Source: Pachysolen tannophilus NRRL Y-2460
Lineage: Eukaryota
Length of the DNA: 64,000 nucleotides
Reading direction: 5' to 3'
Assembly: GCA_001661245.1 (NCBI GenBank)
Contig: KV454014.1
Coordinates: 1,259,989 to 1,323,988, forward strand
Below are positions 45,279-57,254 of this stretch, one piece after another. Numbering within the stretch: the stretch's first letter is position 1; each line of letters opens with the position of its first letter. Below the pieces are notes generated by a model that saw only the letters and a program-made list of their open reading frames with translations, was not told the DNA's origin and did not search any database. Made by a program: the position numbers and the translations under genes.

Positions 45279-46490
45279 ATGTTTAGGAATGTGTTGATAT
45301 TGGTATTAGCTATTGTATTAGCACTTCAGTATAATGATAATAATAATTTTTATAAACGATATTTAAATAAGAGTATTTCTATTAAGAAGGAATTAGATCT
45401 TGAACATCCTGATATTGATAGGGCAAAATTGGCTACAAATCTGTATATACGTCCTGAATTATTGGGGAAACGTGATAGACAACAAATTGGAATTGAAAAT
45501 GCAACAATTTTAATGCTTACAAGAAATTGGGAATTACCTGGAGTATTAGATGCAATGAGATCATTAGAAGATAGATTTAATAGAGATTATAAATATCCAT
45601 GGACTTTTCTTAATGATGAACCTTTTACTGATGATTTTATAGAAAAAACATCTTTAATGGCAAGTGGGAAAACAGAATATGGATTAATTCCTGAAGAAGA
45701 ATGGTCAAAACCAAAATGGATTAATGACACCCGAATGCAAGAATCTATGGATAAAATGGTTGAAGATGATGTGATATATGCAGGTTCATTAAGTTATAGA
45801 AATATGTGTCGTTTTAATTCTGGTTTTTTTTATAAACAAGAATTAGTTAAAAAATATGATTATTATTTTAGAGTAGAACCAAATGTTGAATATATGTGTG
45901 ATTTTCAATATGATCCTTTTACTTTAATGAGAAAAAATGGGAAATTATATGGTTTTATTATTACAATTCATGAATATGAAGCAACAATACCTACATTATG
46001 GGATACAATTGAAAAATTTATGGATAAATATCCAGAATATATTCATGAAAATAATGCATTTGAATTTATAACTAATAAAGATATTATTGGTAATATTGGA
46101 TTAAATGTTAATTCTCATTCAAGATATAATTTATGTCATTTTTGGTCAAATTTTGAAATTGGAAGTTTAGAATTTTTTAGATCAAAACTGTATAATGATT
46201 TCTTTGATTTTTTAGAAGAAACTGGAAATTTTTATTATGAAAGATGGGGGGATGCTCCAGTACATACTCTTGCTGTTAGTTTATTAATGGATAAAAATAA
46301 AATCCATTATTTTGATGATATTGGATATTATCATGAACCTTTTTTATCTTGTCCAACATCAAATATGTTAAAGACAAATAATAGATGTATTTGTAAAAAA
46401 AATACAAAGACAATAGATTTAACTCCTCATAGTTGTTTAAGTAGGTGGTGGAAATTTGGAAGTGGTAGAAATTTTTTAAAAGAATTTTAA
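45279..46490 (+). CDS. YUR1: KRE2/MNT1-family (GT15) mannosyltransferase, YUR1/KTR2 orthologue
   Basis: 'YPWTFLNDEPF', 'SYRNMCRFNSGFF', 'YNLCHFWSNFEI', 'YERWGDAPVH'. Lies between UTP30 and RPB4. Confidence 0.88.
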   Translation: MFRNVLILVLAIVLALQYNDNNNFYKRYLNKSISIKKELDLEHPDIDRAKLATNLYIRPELLGKRDRQQIGIENATILMLTRNWELPGVLDAMRSLEDRFNRDYKYPWTFLNDEPFTDDFIEKTSLMASGKTEYGLIPEEEWSKPKWINDTRMQESMDKMVEDDVIYAGSLSYRNMCRFNSGFFYKQELVKKYDYYFRVEPNVEYMCDFQYDPFTLMRKNGKLYGFIITIHEYEATIPTLWDTIEKFMDKYPEYIHENNAFEFITNKDIIGNIGLNVNSHSRYNLCHFWSNFEIGSLEFFRSKLYNDFFDFLEETGNFYYERWGDAPVHTLAVSLLMDKNKIHYFDDIGYYHEPFLSCPTSNMLKTNNRCICKKNTKTIDLTPHSCLSRWWKFGSGRNFLKEF

Positions 46491-46630
46491 ATAAAAACAA
46501 TAAGTGAGTGAGCTAGAAGAAGAATAAGAAATTTTTCAATTAGAACAATTACTTTTTTTTTTTTTTTTTTTTTTTTTGATAAAAGAAATAATAATTTTTA
46601 TTTTTAAATTTAAATTTTATTTTATTTTTT

Positions 46631-47257
46631 TTAATATGGACGTTCTAGTCTATGTAATTCATCCAATATTGTTTGTAATTCTCTTTTTGATTTTTTATTA
46701 TTTAATGAAGGTATTAAACTTAATGCTTCTTCACTTTCTTCTAAATCTAAAGAACCTAATTGAGCAATTTCAAAAGGATGTAAATCTTTATTTTCTGGTC
46801 CTTTTAATAATGATTCAACAGCTCCAACAGTTTGATCATCTTTAAAACGAGAAAATGTTGATAAATAATCCATTGTTTTTCTTAATACTTCATTTGCAGA
46901 AGGAGCTAAAGCAACATTTGCAAGAGTTTCATCATCATCATCATCATCATCAATATCAATATTACCAACCCCATCTTGATTGTTTCCATTTTCTCCACCT
47001 TGGCCTTGTCCATTAAATTCTGGTTCTCCACGATCTTTTCTCATTTGTCTTCTTCTTACTTTTAATGCTTCTCTTATTAAAATTCTTGCTTCTGATAAAT
47101 TTAAAGTTATTAATTTTTGATGATTACCTTGATGATCCATTTGATCAATTTGAAATTCAGGTCCTAATTTTAACTCAGCCGCATTTTCCTCATCATCAAT
47201 CGTCTGTGATGCTCTTCTTCTTCTCCTTGTTCCGAATGTAGAAGTTGATATATTCAT
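46631..47257 (-). CDS. RPB4: RNA polymerase II subunit Rpb4
   Basis: 'DEENAAELKLGPEF', 'LNLSEARILI', 'YLSTFSRFKD', 'LHPFEIAQLGSL'. Confidence 0.96.
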   Translation of the reverse strand: MNISTSTFGTRRRRRASQTIDDEENAAELKLGPEFQIDQMDHQGNHQKLITLNLSEARILIREALKVRRRQMRKDRGEPEFNGQGQGGENGNNQDGVGNIDIDDDDDDDETLANVALAPSANEVLRKTMDYLSTFSRFKDDQTVGAVESLLKGPENKDLHPFEIAQLGSLDLEESEEALSLIPSLNNKKSKRELQTILDELHRLERPY

Positions 47258-47846
47258 CTTAATTAACCTTATCTTATATATATATATTTATATATATATT
47301 TATATATATATATACTTTTACTGATAATCACAATTTATAAATATTAATTACGCCTTTGCGTCTTGTAAAAGTGCTTGAAAAAATTTAAAAACGGAAAAAA
47401 ATTAAAAAAAAAATTAAAAAATTTCCTATTATGGATGTTTGAGCTCTAGGAGCACTACTTGTGTAAAAAAATATTTAGACTCTTGTTTTTTATCACACTA
47501 CTGTTTTGAGTTTGTGTATTAGCACACTACTTTTATATTAACATTGTGTTTGCTTACACTACCTGTTTTAAATTTCTTTTTTTTTTTTTTGACACGTTTT
47601 ACACAACTTTATTTATATATTTTTTTTTCTTCGGTTTTTTTCTTTGTTGAATGACACAATAAGAGATAAATAACACAAGCCATATTAATTTTAGATAACC
47701 TAGATAAAAAAAAAACAAAAAAAAACTAAAGCTAAAAAGTAATAATATAGTAATAATATAATTAAATAATAAATACATGTTATATATATAAGTATATATA
47801 TATATGAAATATATATATATTGTAATATATATGGAGCATATATATG

Positions 47847-47881
<35 letters not shown>

Positions 47882-47883
<2 letters not shown>

Positions 47884-50206
47884 GCATTCACAACAACAGC
47901 ATCAAGGTCAACAGACCACAAGGTCTCCTTTACAATTTTATACACAGCAATTTAATAATAATGATGGAAATAATATTAATTGGCAAGGGTCTACACCAAA
48001 TTCAACAACAGCTTCACCTTTAGCAGGTAGTGGAGGTAATACCATGGGCGCTACGTCTCAAGGAATGGGTAATAGGGGTTATAATTTAAGAAATCCTATA
48101 AATGAATTACAAAATCATAATTATGATGAACAACTGCTGTTTAGAAATCCTTGGGGTGGTTTAAATAATGTTAATTTACAATCAAATTTACAACAACTGC
48201 AAAATTTGCAACAACTGCAAAATTTACAACAACCGCCAAATATTCCACCACCAAATTTACAACACCAGCCGCCCATGCATTCACAATCGCAATCACAATT
48301 ACATTCACAAGCTCAGGCTCATCCACAGGCTCATTCTCACTCTTATCCACATAATCAGTACCAGCCCAACTCATCATCTGCTTCTACATCGCTGCTTCAA
48401 ATGAGCGTTTCACCAAGTAATAGTACTGTCAATAGAGGATATTTCCCGCCGCCTCCGCCACCATTTCAACAACAACAGCAACAACAACAACAACCGCCAC
48501 CGCCTCCTCCTACTCAAAGATTACTACCCTTTTCACATGCACGAAGTTCACCAGGTCATATTCTACCACCGCCAGTCACATCGCCTTCACAAGGAGGAGG
48601 AATAATAGCTGGAGGAGGGCACGCGTTTCAAGTGCCTCCACCTCCATCCCTACTTGCACAACAACATCAATTTCAACAACTGCAGCAACTGCAAATGCAA
48701 CAACTGCAACAACAACAGGCTCAGGTGCATAATCTTAACCCGCCAACGAGATCTTCAGCAATTGCTTCTTCTTCAGGAGCAAACTCTTTTAATCAGAATT
48801 TACCAACAACTTATGAATATGATAATATGACTTCGCAATTACCTCCACCTCTGCCTCCTACAAGAGCTGCAGCGCCAGGGCCGTCTTTGCAACAACAATA
48901 TTATCATGATAGTTCAGGGATACCTTTAAGTGATATAGCAAGGCGCCAATCTGTTGCCATTGCTAAAGCATTTAGTAATCGTGCTACTACAATGGATTCT
49001 TCCACTCCTGGTATTGCAAATGATAATAATAACATTTTATCCAATGAAAGGTTTATGACAAGAAGAACATCTTTATTCAATGCTAATTCTATTTATCAAC
49101 AACAAAGTAATTTGGAAACTAAAAAAGTACCAGCACCAAGATTACAAAAAATCACCAAAAATTCGGATTTAAAACCACGTTTAAACCCTCTGCCTAGATA
49201 TAGACGTGCTTCTGCAGGTTCTCAAAATATTTCTCCCTTGGTTGCACTTACAATGGCATTAAGTTCAACTTTTTCTATTTGTCGTCCTGAATATAGTTAT
49301 AAATCTTCAAGAAATCCAAGAAGAGTATTAACAAAACCAAGTGATGGTCAATATAATAATGGTAATGATAATAAAGAAAGTGATTATATTCTTTATGTGA
49401 ATGATGTATTAGGTGTACAAGAAAATAGAAAATATATTGTATTAGATATATTAGGTCAGGGGACTTTTGGACAAGTTGTTAAATGTCAAGATTTGAAAAC
49501 CCAAGAATTAGTTGCTGTAAAAGTTGTTAAGAGTAAACCTGCTTATTTGAATCAATCATTAACAGAGATAAATATTTTGGAACATTTAAATAGTAAAGTG
49601 GATCCTACTGATCATCATCATTTTTTGAGGTTAAAGGATAAATTTGTTCACAAGAATCATTTATGTCTTGTATTTGAATTATTATCATCAAATCTTTATG
49701 AACTTGTTCGTCAAAATCAATTTCATGGTTTACAAATTAAATTAGTAAGAAGTTTTACTCAACAATTAATTGATTCTTTATGTGTTTTAAAAGATCTGAA
49801 ATTGATTCATTGTGATTTAAAACCAGAAAATATTTTACTTGTTTCTCCAGATAAACCTGATATTAAAGTGATAGATTTTGGATCTGCATGTCATGAAAGA
49901 CAAACAATATATACATATATTCAATCTCGTTTTTATAGATCTCCTGAAGTTATTCTTGGTCTTGCATATTCAACTTCCATAGATATGTGGTCTTTAGGTT
50001 GTATAATTGCAGAATTATTTTTAGGATTACCTTTATTTCCAGGTACTTCTGAATATAATCAAATAACAAGAATTGTGGAAATGTTGGAAATGCCTCCAAC
50101 GTGGATGTGTGATATGGGTAAAAATACTACAAAATTCATGAACAAAATTGAAATGACTCCACAGCGACAACAACAACAACAACAACAAATGCTGCAACAA
50201 CTGCCA

Positions 50207-50249
<43 letters not shown>

Positions 50250-50581
50250 TACTGCTGCATCATCAGATGCCAACAACTGCAATCAGTCATCACACTGGAG
50301 GTGAAGTAGATTATTGCTATGAGTTAAAACCAATGGCTCAATATTCTCAAGAAAACAAGGTGGAAGAGCAAAAGTCCAAACGTTACTTTAAAGATTCTAA
50401 ATTAGATCAAATTATTATGAATTATGCTTATCCAAAAAAATTATCTAAATCAAAATTGGAGAAAGAGATTAATGATAGAAAATTGTTGGTTGATTTCATT
50501 AGAAGATGTTTAGAGTTAAACCCTGTAATAAGATGGACTCCTCAGGAAGCTAAAGAGCATCCTTTTATTAAAGGTGAATAA
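47882..50581 (+). CDS. YAK1: DYRK-family kinase Yak1
   Basis: DH box 'DNKESDYILYVND', GQGTFGQV, HCDLKPEN, DFGSAC, activation loop YTYIQSRFYRSPE; Q/P-rich N-terminus. Confidence 0.96.
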
Positions 50582-50702
50582 TTAAAGACACTTAGTTACA
50601 CTTGAAATTTCATTTTTTTTAATAATAATATTTCCTTTTTGTTTACAATGTTTGAATACAACAAACAGTTCTTTATTCTTTTTTTTTTTTTTTTTTTTTT
50701 TT

Positions 50703-51443
50703 NNNNNNNNNNNNNNNNNNNNNNNNNNNNNNNNNNNNNNNNNNNNNNNNNNNNNNNNNNNNNNNNNNNNNNNNNNNNNNNNNNNNNNNNNNNNNNNNNN
50801 NNNNNNNNNNNNNNNNNNNNNNNNNNNNNNNNNNNNNNNNNNNNNNNNNNNNNNNNNNNNNNNNNNNNNNNNNNNNNNNNNNNNNNNNNNNNNNNNNNNN
50901 NNNNNNNNNNNNNNNNNNNNNNNNNNNNNNNNNNNNNNNNNNNNNNNNNNNNNNNNNNNNNNNNNNNNNNNNNNNNNNNNNNNNNNNNNNNNNNNNNNNN
51001 NNNNNNNNNNNNNNNNNNNNNNNNNNNNNNNNNNNNNNNNNNNNNNNNNNNNNNNNNNNNNNNNNNNNNNNNNNNNNNNNNNNNNNNNNNNNNNNNNNNN
51101 NNNNNNNNNNNNNNNNNNNNNNNNNNNNNNNNNNNNNNNNNNNNNNNNNNNNNNNNNNNNNNNNNNNNNNNNNNNNNNNNNNNNNNNNNNNNNNNNNNNN
51201 NNNNNNNNNNNNNNNNNNNNNNNNNNNNNNNNNNNNNNNNNNNNNNNNNNNNNNNNNNNNNNNNNNNNNNNNNNNNNNNNNNNNNNNNNNNNNNNNNNNN
51301 NNNNNNNNNNNNNNNNNNNNNNNNNNNNNNNNNNNNNNNNNNNNNNNNNNNNNNNNNNNNNNNNNNNNNNNNNNNNNNNNNNNNNNNNNNNNNNNNNNNN
51401 NNNNNNNNNNNNNNNNNNNNNNNNNNNNNNNNNNNNNNNNNNN
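50703..51443. other. Assembly gap (N run) removing the 3' end of TIM17
   Basis: Run of N. Confidence 1.
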
Positions 51444-51964
51444 GCACCACCAGTGAAAAATCCAGCAATGATGGCATTTAAAGGATCTTCTCTCTTTCTT
51501 ACAGCTTTTACGCTACAATCAAACAAGGAGAAAAGACCACCCCATACTCCGAAATTTCCTCCAACTACTGGAGCACGAGCTTTAATAGCAGATATCGCAC
51601 CAATACGACGTTCACCATATGGAGAATTACGGAAACCTTTTATACCGTGCCAAACACAACCACCAATGACCTAAACAAAAACAAAATGATAAAAAAATTT
51701 ACTGTTAGTAACCAATACAATTCTAATACATTCTAAATCTATATATATATATATATTTTTTTTTGGCCAATTTCCAAGTTTTAAAGGCTGATAATAATTC
51801 ATCAATATTGCCCCCGAATACTTTGAAATAAATTAAAATATAATGAAAATGAAAAAAAAAAAAATATATTTTTATTTTTTTATACATACACCCATGGCAA
51901 AAGCACCACCAAAATCATTAAGAATAACAATAGGACATGGATCTCTAGTATGATCAGCCGACAT
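51444..51964 (-). CDS. TIM17: Mitochondrial import channel Tim17, two exons (51964-51890; 51670 to gap), 3'-truncated by the gap
   Basis: [46 protein letters not shown]...[12 protein letters not shown]...[16 protein letters not shown]. Intron 51889-51671 with GTATGT, TACTAAC (51710-51704) and TAG. Confidence 0.96.
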
Positions 51965-52133
51965 TTTCCATTAAATATCTATCTGTTTACTAATTTAATT
52001 AAATGTTTGCAACTATTATTTCAATCTATATAACAACTCTACTTTCTACTTTACAATACGATGGAAGTTTCCAATTTAAAAAAATTTTCCAAAGAATCAC
52101 ATTTGATACATGTCACACGACAACATTTTTTTT

Positions 52134-54167
52134 TCAATTTGACAATTTTTCACCATCAAAGAAGACATCATTGTTATTTAGCTTTGTGTAGCCCTTAGTG
52201 TTGGTGGTATTGGTATTGGTATTTGCTTCTGTTTGATCTAGTGTGGTTGTGTCTCCAAATAGGATTTTTTTATTTTTATTTTTATTTTTATTTGTATGAT
52301 TTTGATTTTGATCTAGTTCTAGTTCTTGTTCTTGTTCTTGATGATTATTTTCTTCATTTTGTACTTCTTCATCTTCAGTTTCAGCACCACTTATCGTACT
52401 TGTAGAATCGCTAATTTCTTCTGCAACTATAAAGCTTGATGGTTCTATAAAGTTCGATTCTCTTTCTCTTGTTCTTGTTGATCTTGTTGTTGATGTCGCA
52501 GATTCGATTGTATTGCTATTATTTTCACGTATACTTTCCATCACAGAATTTAACTCCACTCCACTCAGTTTATCAATTAATGGACCTTGAAAATGATATT
52601 TACCCCAAAATTTATAACCAATAAATATAGTTATGAAAAAAACAACAAATACTACTATAGCATAATTCATACTTGTTATACTAACTGGTATTTCAGGTGG
52701 CATACAAAGTATAATAAAAGTTAATGCAATCCAAAGTAATGAAATTAAATTTAAAATCCAACCCAGTTTTTTCAATTTAAATGAAGATCCTCTAATTTTT
52801 TTACGTTTCCCCATCACAAGACAAACTAAAGGAACACCGTTGGCAAAAGATAATGCAATGACTGCTGCACCCATAAATGCATTAAAAGCACTCGATGATA
52901 CTAATGATAATAATCCTAATATAAAACACACAGCCATAGATAAAAATAAAGCATTCTTGGGGATCACAGATTCATCATCCATTTCATCCACATGAATCCA
53001 AAGATCTTTATAAGGTAATCCACCATCACGGGCAAAAGCATAAGTTGATCTCGATGCTGTAGTTAATGAACCAATTCCAGCAAATAATACAGTACCAATT
53101 AATAATATTACAAGTAAAAATGAAACAATAAATGATTCTGTAGAAAGTTTAAAAACCAAATCAATGGGCATTATATCTGGATTTTGATCTAAAATTAATG
53201 AAAGTTCAGGTAATATGCTAAGAATTGGAATTATAAAAATAACACCTGTAACACCTGCAATGAAAACACTATAAATCATTCCCTTCGGTAAAATTTTTTC
53301 AACTGGTTTTTTAACTTCATCAGACATTGACATAATCATCCCATAACCTTGAAGTGTAAAAGCAGCAGGTTGTAAACCTACTAAAAAAGCTATTACATCT
53401 GGCCAACCAGATCTTGTAGCATTAAAATTTGTTAAAATATATTTAACATCATGGAAACTATTACTAAATAGCATTAATAAAATATCAATAAGTAATACGG
53501 TGTATATGGTCCAATATGTACAAGCATCATTAACTCTATCCAATATTTTCGAAAATTGTAAATTTACGAGACCACAAAGTATAACCAAACAATAAAATAA
53601 TAATAAAGTAAGAATAGTATCTTTTTTATAATAAACATCTTTCAATCCAAAAATTGACAATATAAATTGGGCTCCACCATATAGGATACTAATTGCCATT
53701 GTCCAATTACCCATTATCAAAAACCAACCGGTAAACCATGAAGAACCTAAAGAATATTTTTCATTAGACAATATTGCAGCAAAATGATATACACCACCAC
53801 TTGTTGGATATTTACCTGCAATTTCACATAAACTCAGAACAACACAAAGTGACAATATTGATACAACAACCCATCCCCATAGAATTGTAACATTACCTCC
53901 ATCTACTAAACCAATTCCCAAAGTTGTTGAGATTCCAAACGGTACACTCATTAAACTGAAACCTAAACCAACTAATGAAGAGGCGGTTAATCTTCTTTTC
54001 AAGTCCTGCTTGTAATTGAAATGCTCAACCTCTTCAAAATCATCATTCGAATCATCTGGATTTATCATAAAAGAATTTCGTATCGATGATGCTAGTAACC
54101 CTCCTATACTATTCCTACTAGGAACCTCTTCCAATACCCTATTCTGTTCATTATCTTGATCTACCAT
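52134..54167 (-). CDS. APC superfamily ACT-family (GABA/polyamine/choline; Uga4/Tpo5/Gpt1-like) permease
   Basis: About 12 hydrophobic segments; 'EIAGKYPTSGGVYH', 'MSDEVK', 'SRSTYAFARDGGLP', 'FQGP'. Confidence 0.88.
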   Translation of the reverse strand: MVDQDNEQNRVLEEVPSRNSIGGLLASSIRNSFMINPDDSNDDFEEVEHFNYKQDLKRRLTASSLVGLGFSLMSVPFGISTTLGIGLVDGGNVTILWGWVVVSILSLCVVLSLCEIAGKYPTSGGVYHFAAILSNEKYSLGSSWFTGWFLIMGNWTMAISILYGGAQFILSIFGLKDVYYKKDTILTLLLFYCLVILCGLVNLQFSKILDRVNDACTYWTIYTVLLIDILLMLFSNSFHDVKYILTNFNATRSGWPDVIAFLVGLQPAAFTLQGYGMIMSMSDEVKKPVEKILPKGMIYSVFIAGVTGVIFIIPILSILPELSLILDQNPDIMPIDLVFKLSTESFIVSFLLVILLIGTVLFAGIGSLTTASRSTYAFARDGGLPYKDLWIHVDEMDDESVIPKNALFLSMAVCFILGLLSLVSSSAFNAFMGAAVIALSFANGVPLVCLVMGKRKKIRGSSFKLKKLGWILNLISLLWIALTFIILCMPPEIPVSITSMNYAIVVFVVFFITIFIGYKFWGKYHFQGPLIDKLSGVELNSVMESIRENNSNTIESATSTTRSTRTRERESNFIEPSSFIVAEEISDSTSTISGAETEDEEVQNEENNHQEQEQELELDQNQNHTNKNKNKNKKILFGDTTTLDQTEANTNTNTTNTKGYTKLNNNDVFFDGEKLSN

Positions 54168-54260
54168 ATCTGTCCGTTTATATGCTTTTTTTGTAAATTT
54201 TTTTATTCTATTTTTTTTATTCTTTTTTAATTTTTTTTTTTTTTCGTTTTTTTTAGTAAA

Positions 54261-54563
54261 NNNNNNNNNNNNNNNNNNNNNNNNNNNNNNNNNNNNNNNN
54301 NNNNNNNNNNNNNNNNNNNNNNNNNNNNNNNNNNNNNNNNNNNNNNNNNNNNNNNNNNNNNNNNNNNNNNNNNNNNNNNNNNNNNNNNNNNNNNNNNNNN
54401 NNNNNNNNNNNNNNNNNNNNNNNNNNNNNNNNNNNNNNNNNNNNNNNNNNNNNNNNNNNNNNNNNNNNNNNNNNNNNNNNNNNNNNNNNNNNNNNNNNNN
54501 NNNNNNNNNNNNNNNNNNNNNNNNNNNNNNNNNNNNNNNNNNNNNNNNNNNNNNNNNNNNNNN
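54261..54563. other. Assembly gap (N run)
   Basis: Run of N. Confidence 1.
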
Positions 54564-55104
54564 AAATAAAACAAAAAAAAAAAAAAAAAAGAATAAAAAA
54601 GCTTTTTCTAATTCTATATTCCCCCAACCTAATCTACAATTCTATAAATACTCTTTTATTTGAATAACTGTGAGAATATGAACTTTTGATCTCAAATTCA
54701 TCTATTCACGTTTTGGCTCTTTTATTTTATTTCAAAAATTCACATTTTAATTGCTGACTCGTGTTTTTCTCCGAGGAGAAGTAAGCGATGCACACAACTT
54801 CTCCGGAAACTCTAAAAACGGAGAACCAAACGGAGAAGTTTTAATTGTTCTTTTTTTTTTTTTTTTTTTGCGCTAAGAGTAGTTAGTTAGTTAACCTTTT
54901 ATTGGCAAGATGAGTTTAATTGAGTTTAAGTTTTTAGTTGTAGTTGAGTTGATTTAAATCAAATAAATGACCAATAGTTCATGAAAAATTATTATTAAAA
55001 AACTGAGCAAAAGAAGGAAAATTAAAGCTAAAAAAATAATAATACTTGAAAAGAATGAAAAAATAAAGTGGGAAAAATTACGTACAAAAGGTGGAACTAA
55101 TTGT

Positions 55105-56742
55105 TCAAGTTTGTTCTGGATGATCTCTGAGGAACTGAACATGGGGTATAAAGATTTCTCTGCAACTATTATCTAAAACTTCTTGATTAACCTCTATTGT
55201 TTTCAATTTAGTAGCAGCAGATCTTTCGAAAACTTTTAAGTCACCATCATTTGAATCATCGTATTCGCTACAAAATAACTGATTAAATATGATATTGATT
55301 CTTAATTCAAAATCTTGACCAAGTTCTTTTGTTAAGCCTTCATATAGTCTGATATGCTCATTTTTATCATTAATATATTCTTTTAAATAATACAACCATG
55401 CAGGTAATAATTTAGGATAATTAATATGCATAAATATAAGTTTTGGTTCTTCATAGTCTGAATCTCCAGGTGATAACATTTTTTTATAATTATGGAAACT
55501 CTTTACCGGATCATATTGACCAAGAGATTTATGTTGGGGTTCATTTTTTTCATTAAGATAACCAAAGAACTTTAACAGTTTTTGAGTTTGATAATATGGT
55601 GTATTTAAAACCGTGGCTGCAGCAATAAAAGTTTCTTTATCACCTTCACCTGCACCACCTTGGGTTAATAATGGATAATAATATCCCGGTCCATAAATAT
55701 TATAATAAAGTGATAATAAAAGAGTTTGTGAATGCATTTGCTTATTTACCAATATCAGCCCAGATTCAACTGTTGGGTCCGGTATTGCACCTTTCTTATC
55801 ATGGAAATTAATTATTTTTTCGTCCTTATTTTCGGATTGAGGTTCATCTTTAACCTCTATACCAGCAATCTCATAATATTTTGGAGATGATGTTCTAAAC
55901 CATGCATCTGGCCACAATACTAAGCCCTTTTCTTTAAATACATCTGACTCTAATAAATAATCTGGGTTTTCTACTGCATATAAATCAGAATCCAAATACA
56001 TAATATTTTCAAAACGACTTATTAATAACGCCAAAATTTTATATTGATATGTGCTGATATCAAAAGATTCCAATAATTTGGGATCAATCTCCTTGTATAA
56101 TAAGCTGCACCTAGAGTTTTTGTTAAAACTTGGAAGTAAAGTTTCACAAAGGTATTGATCATATTCGTCTTCTTTGGCAAAGAAAACTTCAATAGGTAAT
56201 TTTGAACCCAATAATTTCAAATTTTGAATACCAATTAAAGTCAATAGGGTATATTTTCCTCCACCAACCATGACAATACCATTACCTTTTAGATTATCCA
56301 AGTCACCAAAAGTATATTCATCATCAACTTCATTTTTAATAGCAGAAAGTACAATATCGTGTTTTTTTTTCAAATCTTTTACAGTTTTCTCATCGATGAC
56401 CAACAACGAATTAAGATAATCTTCGTCGAATACAAAAGAATTATCTTCTAATTTGATTTCCTTTGCTTTACCATTTGGATATTCCTTTAATAATGGAACA
56501 CTTGGCCTTGTCGAATTAATTAACTTGAAAATTTTATCATACAAGAGAGCATCGTTAGGTTTATCTTTAAAATTATTGGCACTATTTTTAATGTAATCAA
56601 CAACTTTGTCCTTGTAAGCTACTGAATAACCTTGAAAATCATCAGAATATAACACTGACGCTATTAGTGAAAAACTTATTATTAGTAACAAAATAAGTGA
56701 CAAAATCAAGCTATTCTGAAGTTTTTTTATATTTATAATCAT
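55105..56742 (-). CDS. Second Mnn2/Mnn5-family alpha-1,2-mannosyltransferase (short-stem paralogue)
   Basis: TM anchor, GIVMVGGGKY, YQYKILALL, YLDSD, LWPDAW, QGGAGEGDKETF; collinear with the catalytic half of 38932-42360. Confidence 0.9.
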   Translation of the reverse strand: MIINIKKLQNSLILSLILLLIISFSLIASVLYSDDFQGYSVAYKDKVVDYIKNSANNFKDKPNDALLYDKIFKLINSTRPSVPLLKEYPNGKAKEIKLEDNSFVFDEDYLNSLLVIDEKTVKDLKKKHDIVLSAIKNEVDDEYTFGDLDNLKGNGIVMVGGGKYTLLTLIGIQNLKLLGSKLPIEVFFAKEDEYDQYLCETLLPSFNKNSRCSLLYKEIDPKLLESFDISTYQYKILALLISRFENIMYLDSDLYAVENPDYLLESDVFKEKGLVLWPDAWFRTSSPKYYEIAGIEVKDEPQSENKDEKIINFHDKKGAIPDPTVESGLILVNKQMHSQTLLLSLYYNIYGPGYYYPLLTQGGAGEGDKETFIAAATVLNTPYYQTQKLLKFFGYLNEKNEPQHKSLGQYDPVKSFHNYKKMLSPGDSDYEEPKLIFMHINYPKLLPAWLYYLKEYINDKNEHIRLYEGLTKELGQDFELRINIIFNQLFCSEYDDSNDGDLKVFERSAATKLKTIEVNQEVLDNSCREIFIPHVQFLRDHPEQT

Positions 56743-57254
56743 CTCTCTTCTCCCCCCAACTTAAATTATCTATTTCTATGGGACCTGTTATCCCTTTTAT
56801 AAATTATTCAAGGAAAGAAACAGTTTTGTTTTCTTTTTTATTTTTATTTTTTTTTTTGAAACAAAATATAAAATATCAAGCAATACTTTAAGTTTATGAA
56901 CTTCTTTGGATATTTTCTACCATATTTATCTTGGTCTTTATGTCCAGTAATAAATATAGTTTAAAATCCATGTCACCGTGTTCCCTATTTTGGCGTTTAT
57001 TTTTTTTTCCTTTTTAATTTCTTTTGAAATTTTTTCTTTTTTTCTTTTCAGTTCGTTAATTCCATTTTGGGAATGAGCCAAGAGTTGCCTTTATGTCGCT
57101 TATGTCGTGATCACATGCATAACGAAAAATAAATAGTATTAATATGGGCACGATAGACCCTCTTTATCAATAATATATAAAAATAGCAAAATTTAAAAAT
57201 TATTTAAGACAGTATTCGGTAGTACAATAGCAATTAAAATTAAGATTTTATGTT

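Noticed and set aside
47760..47881. (TA)n and poly-A/T tracts here and in most intergenic regions
   Set aside because: Ubiquitous simple sequence in this AT-rich genome.
50582..51674. Long X-filled ORFs (also 54227-54627)
   Set aside because: Artefacts of N gaps; only the TIM17 portion is real.
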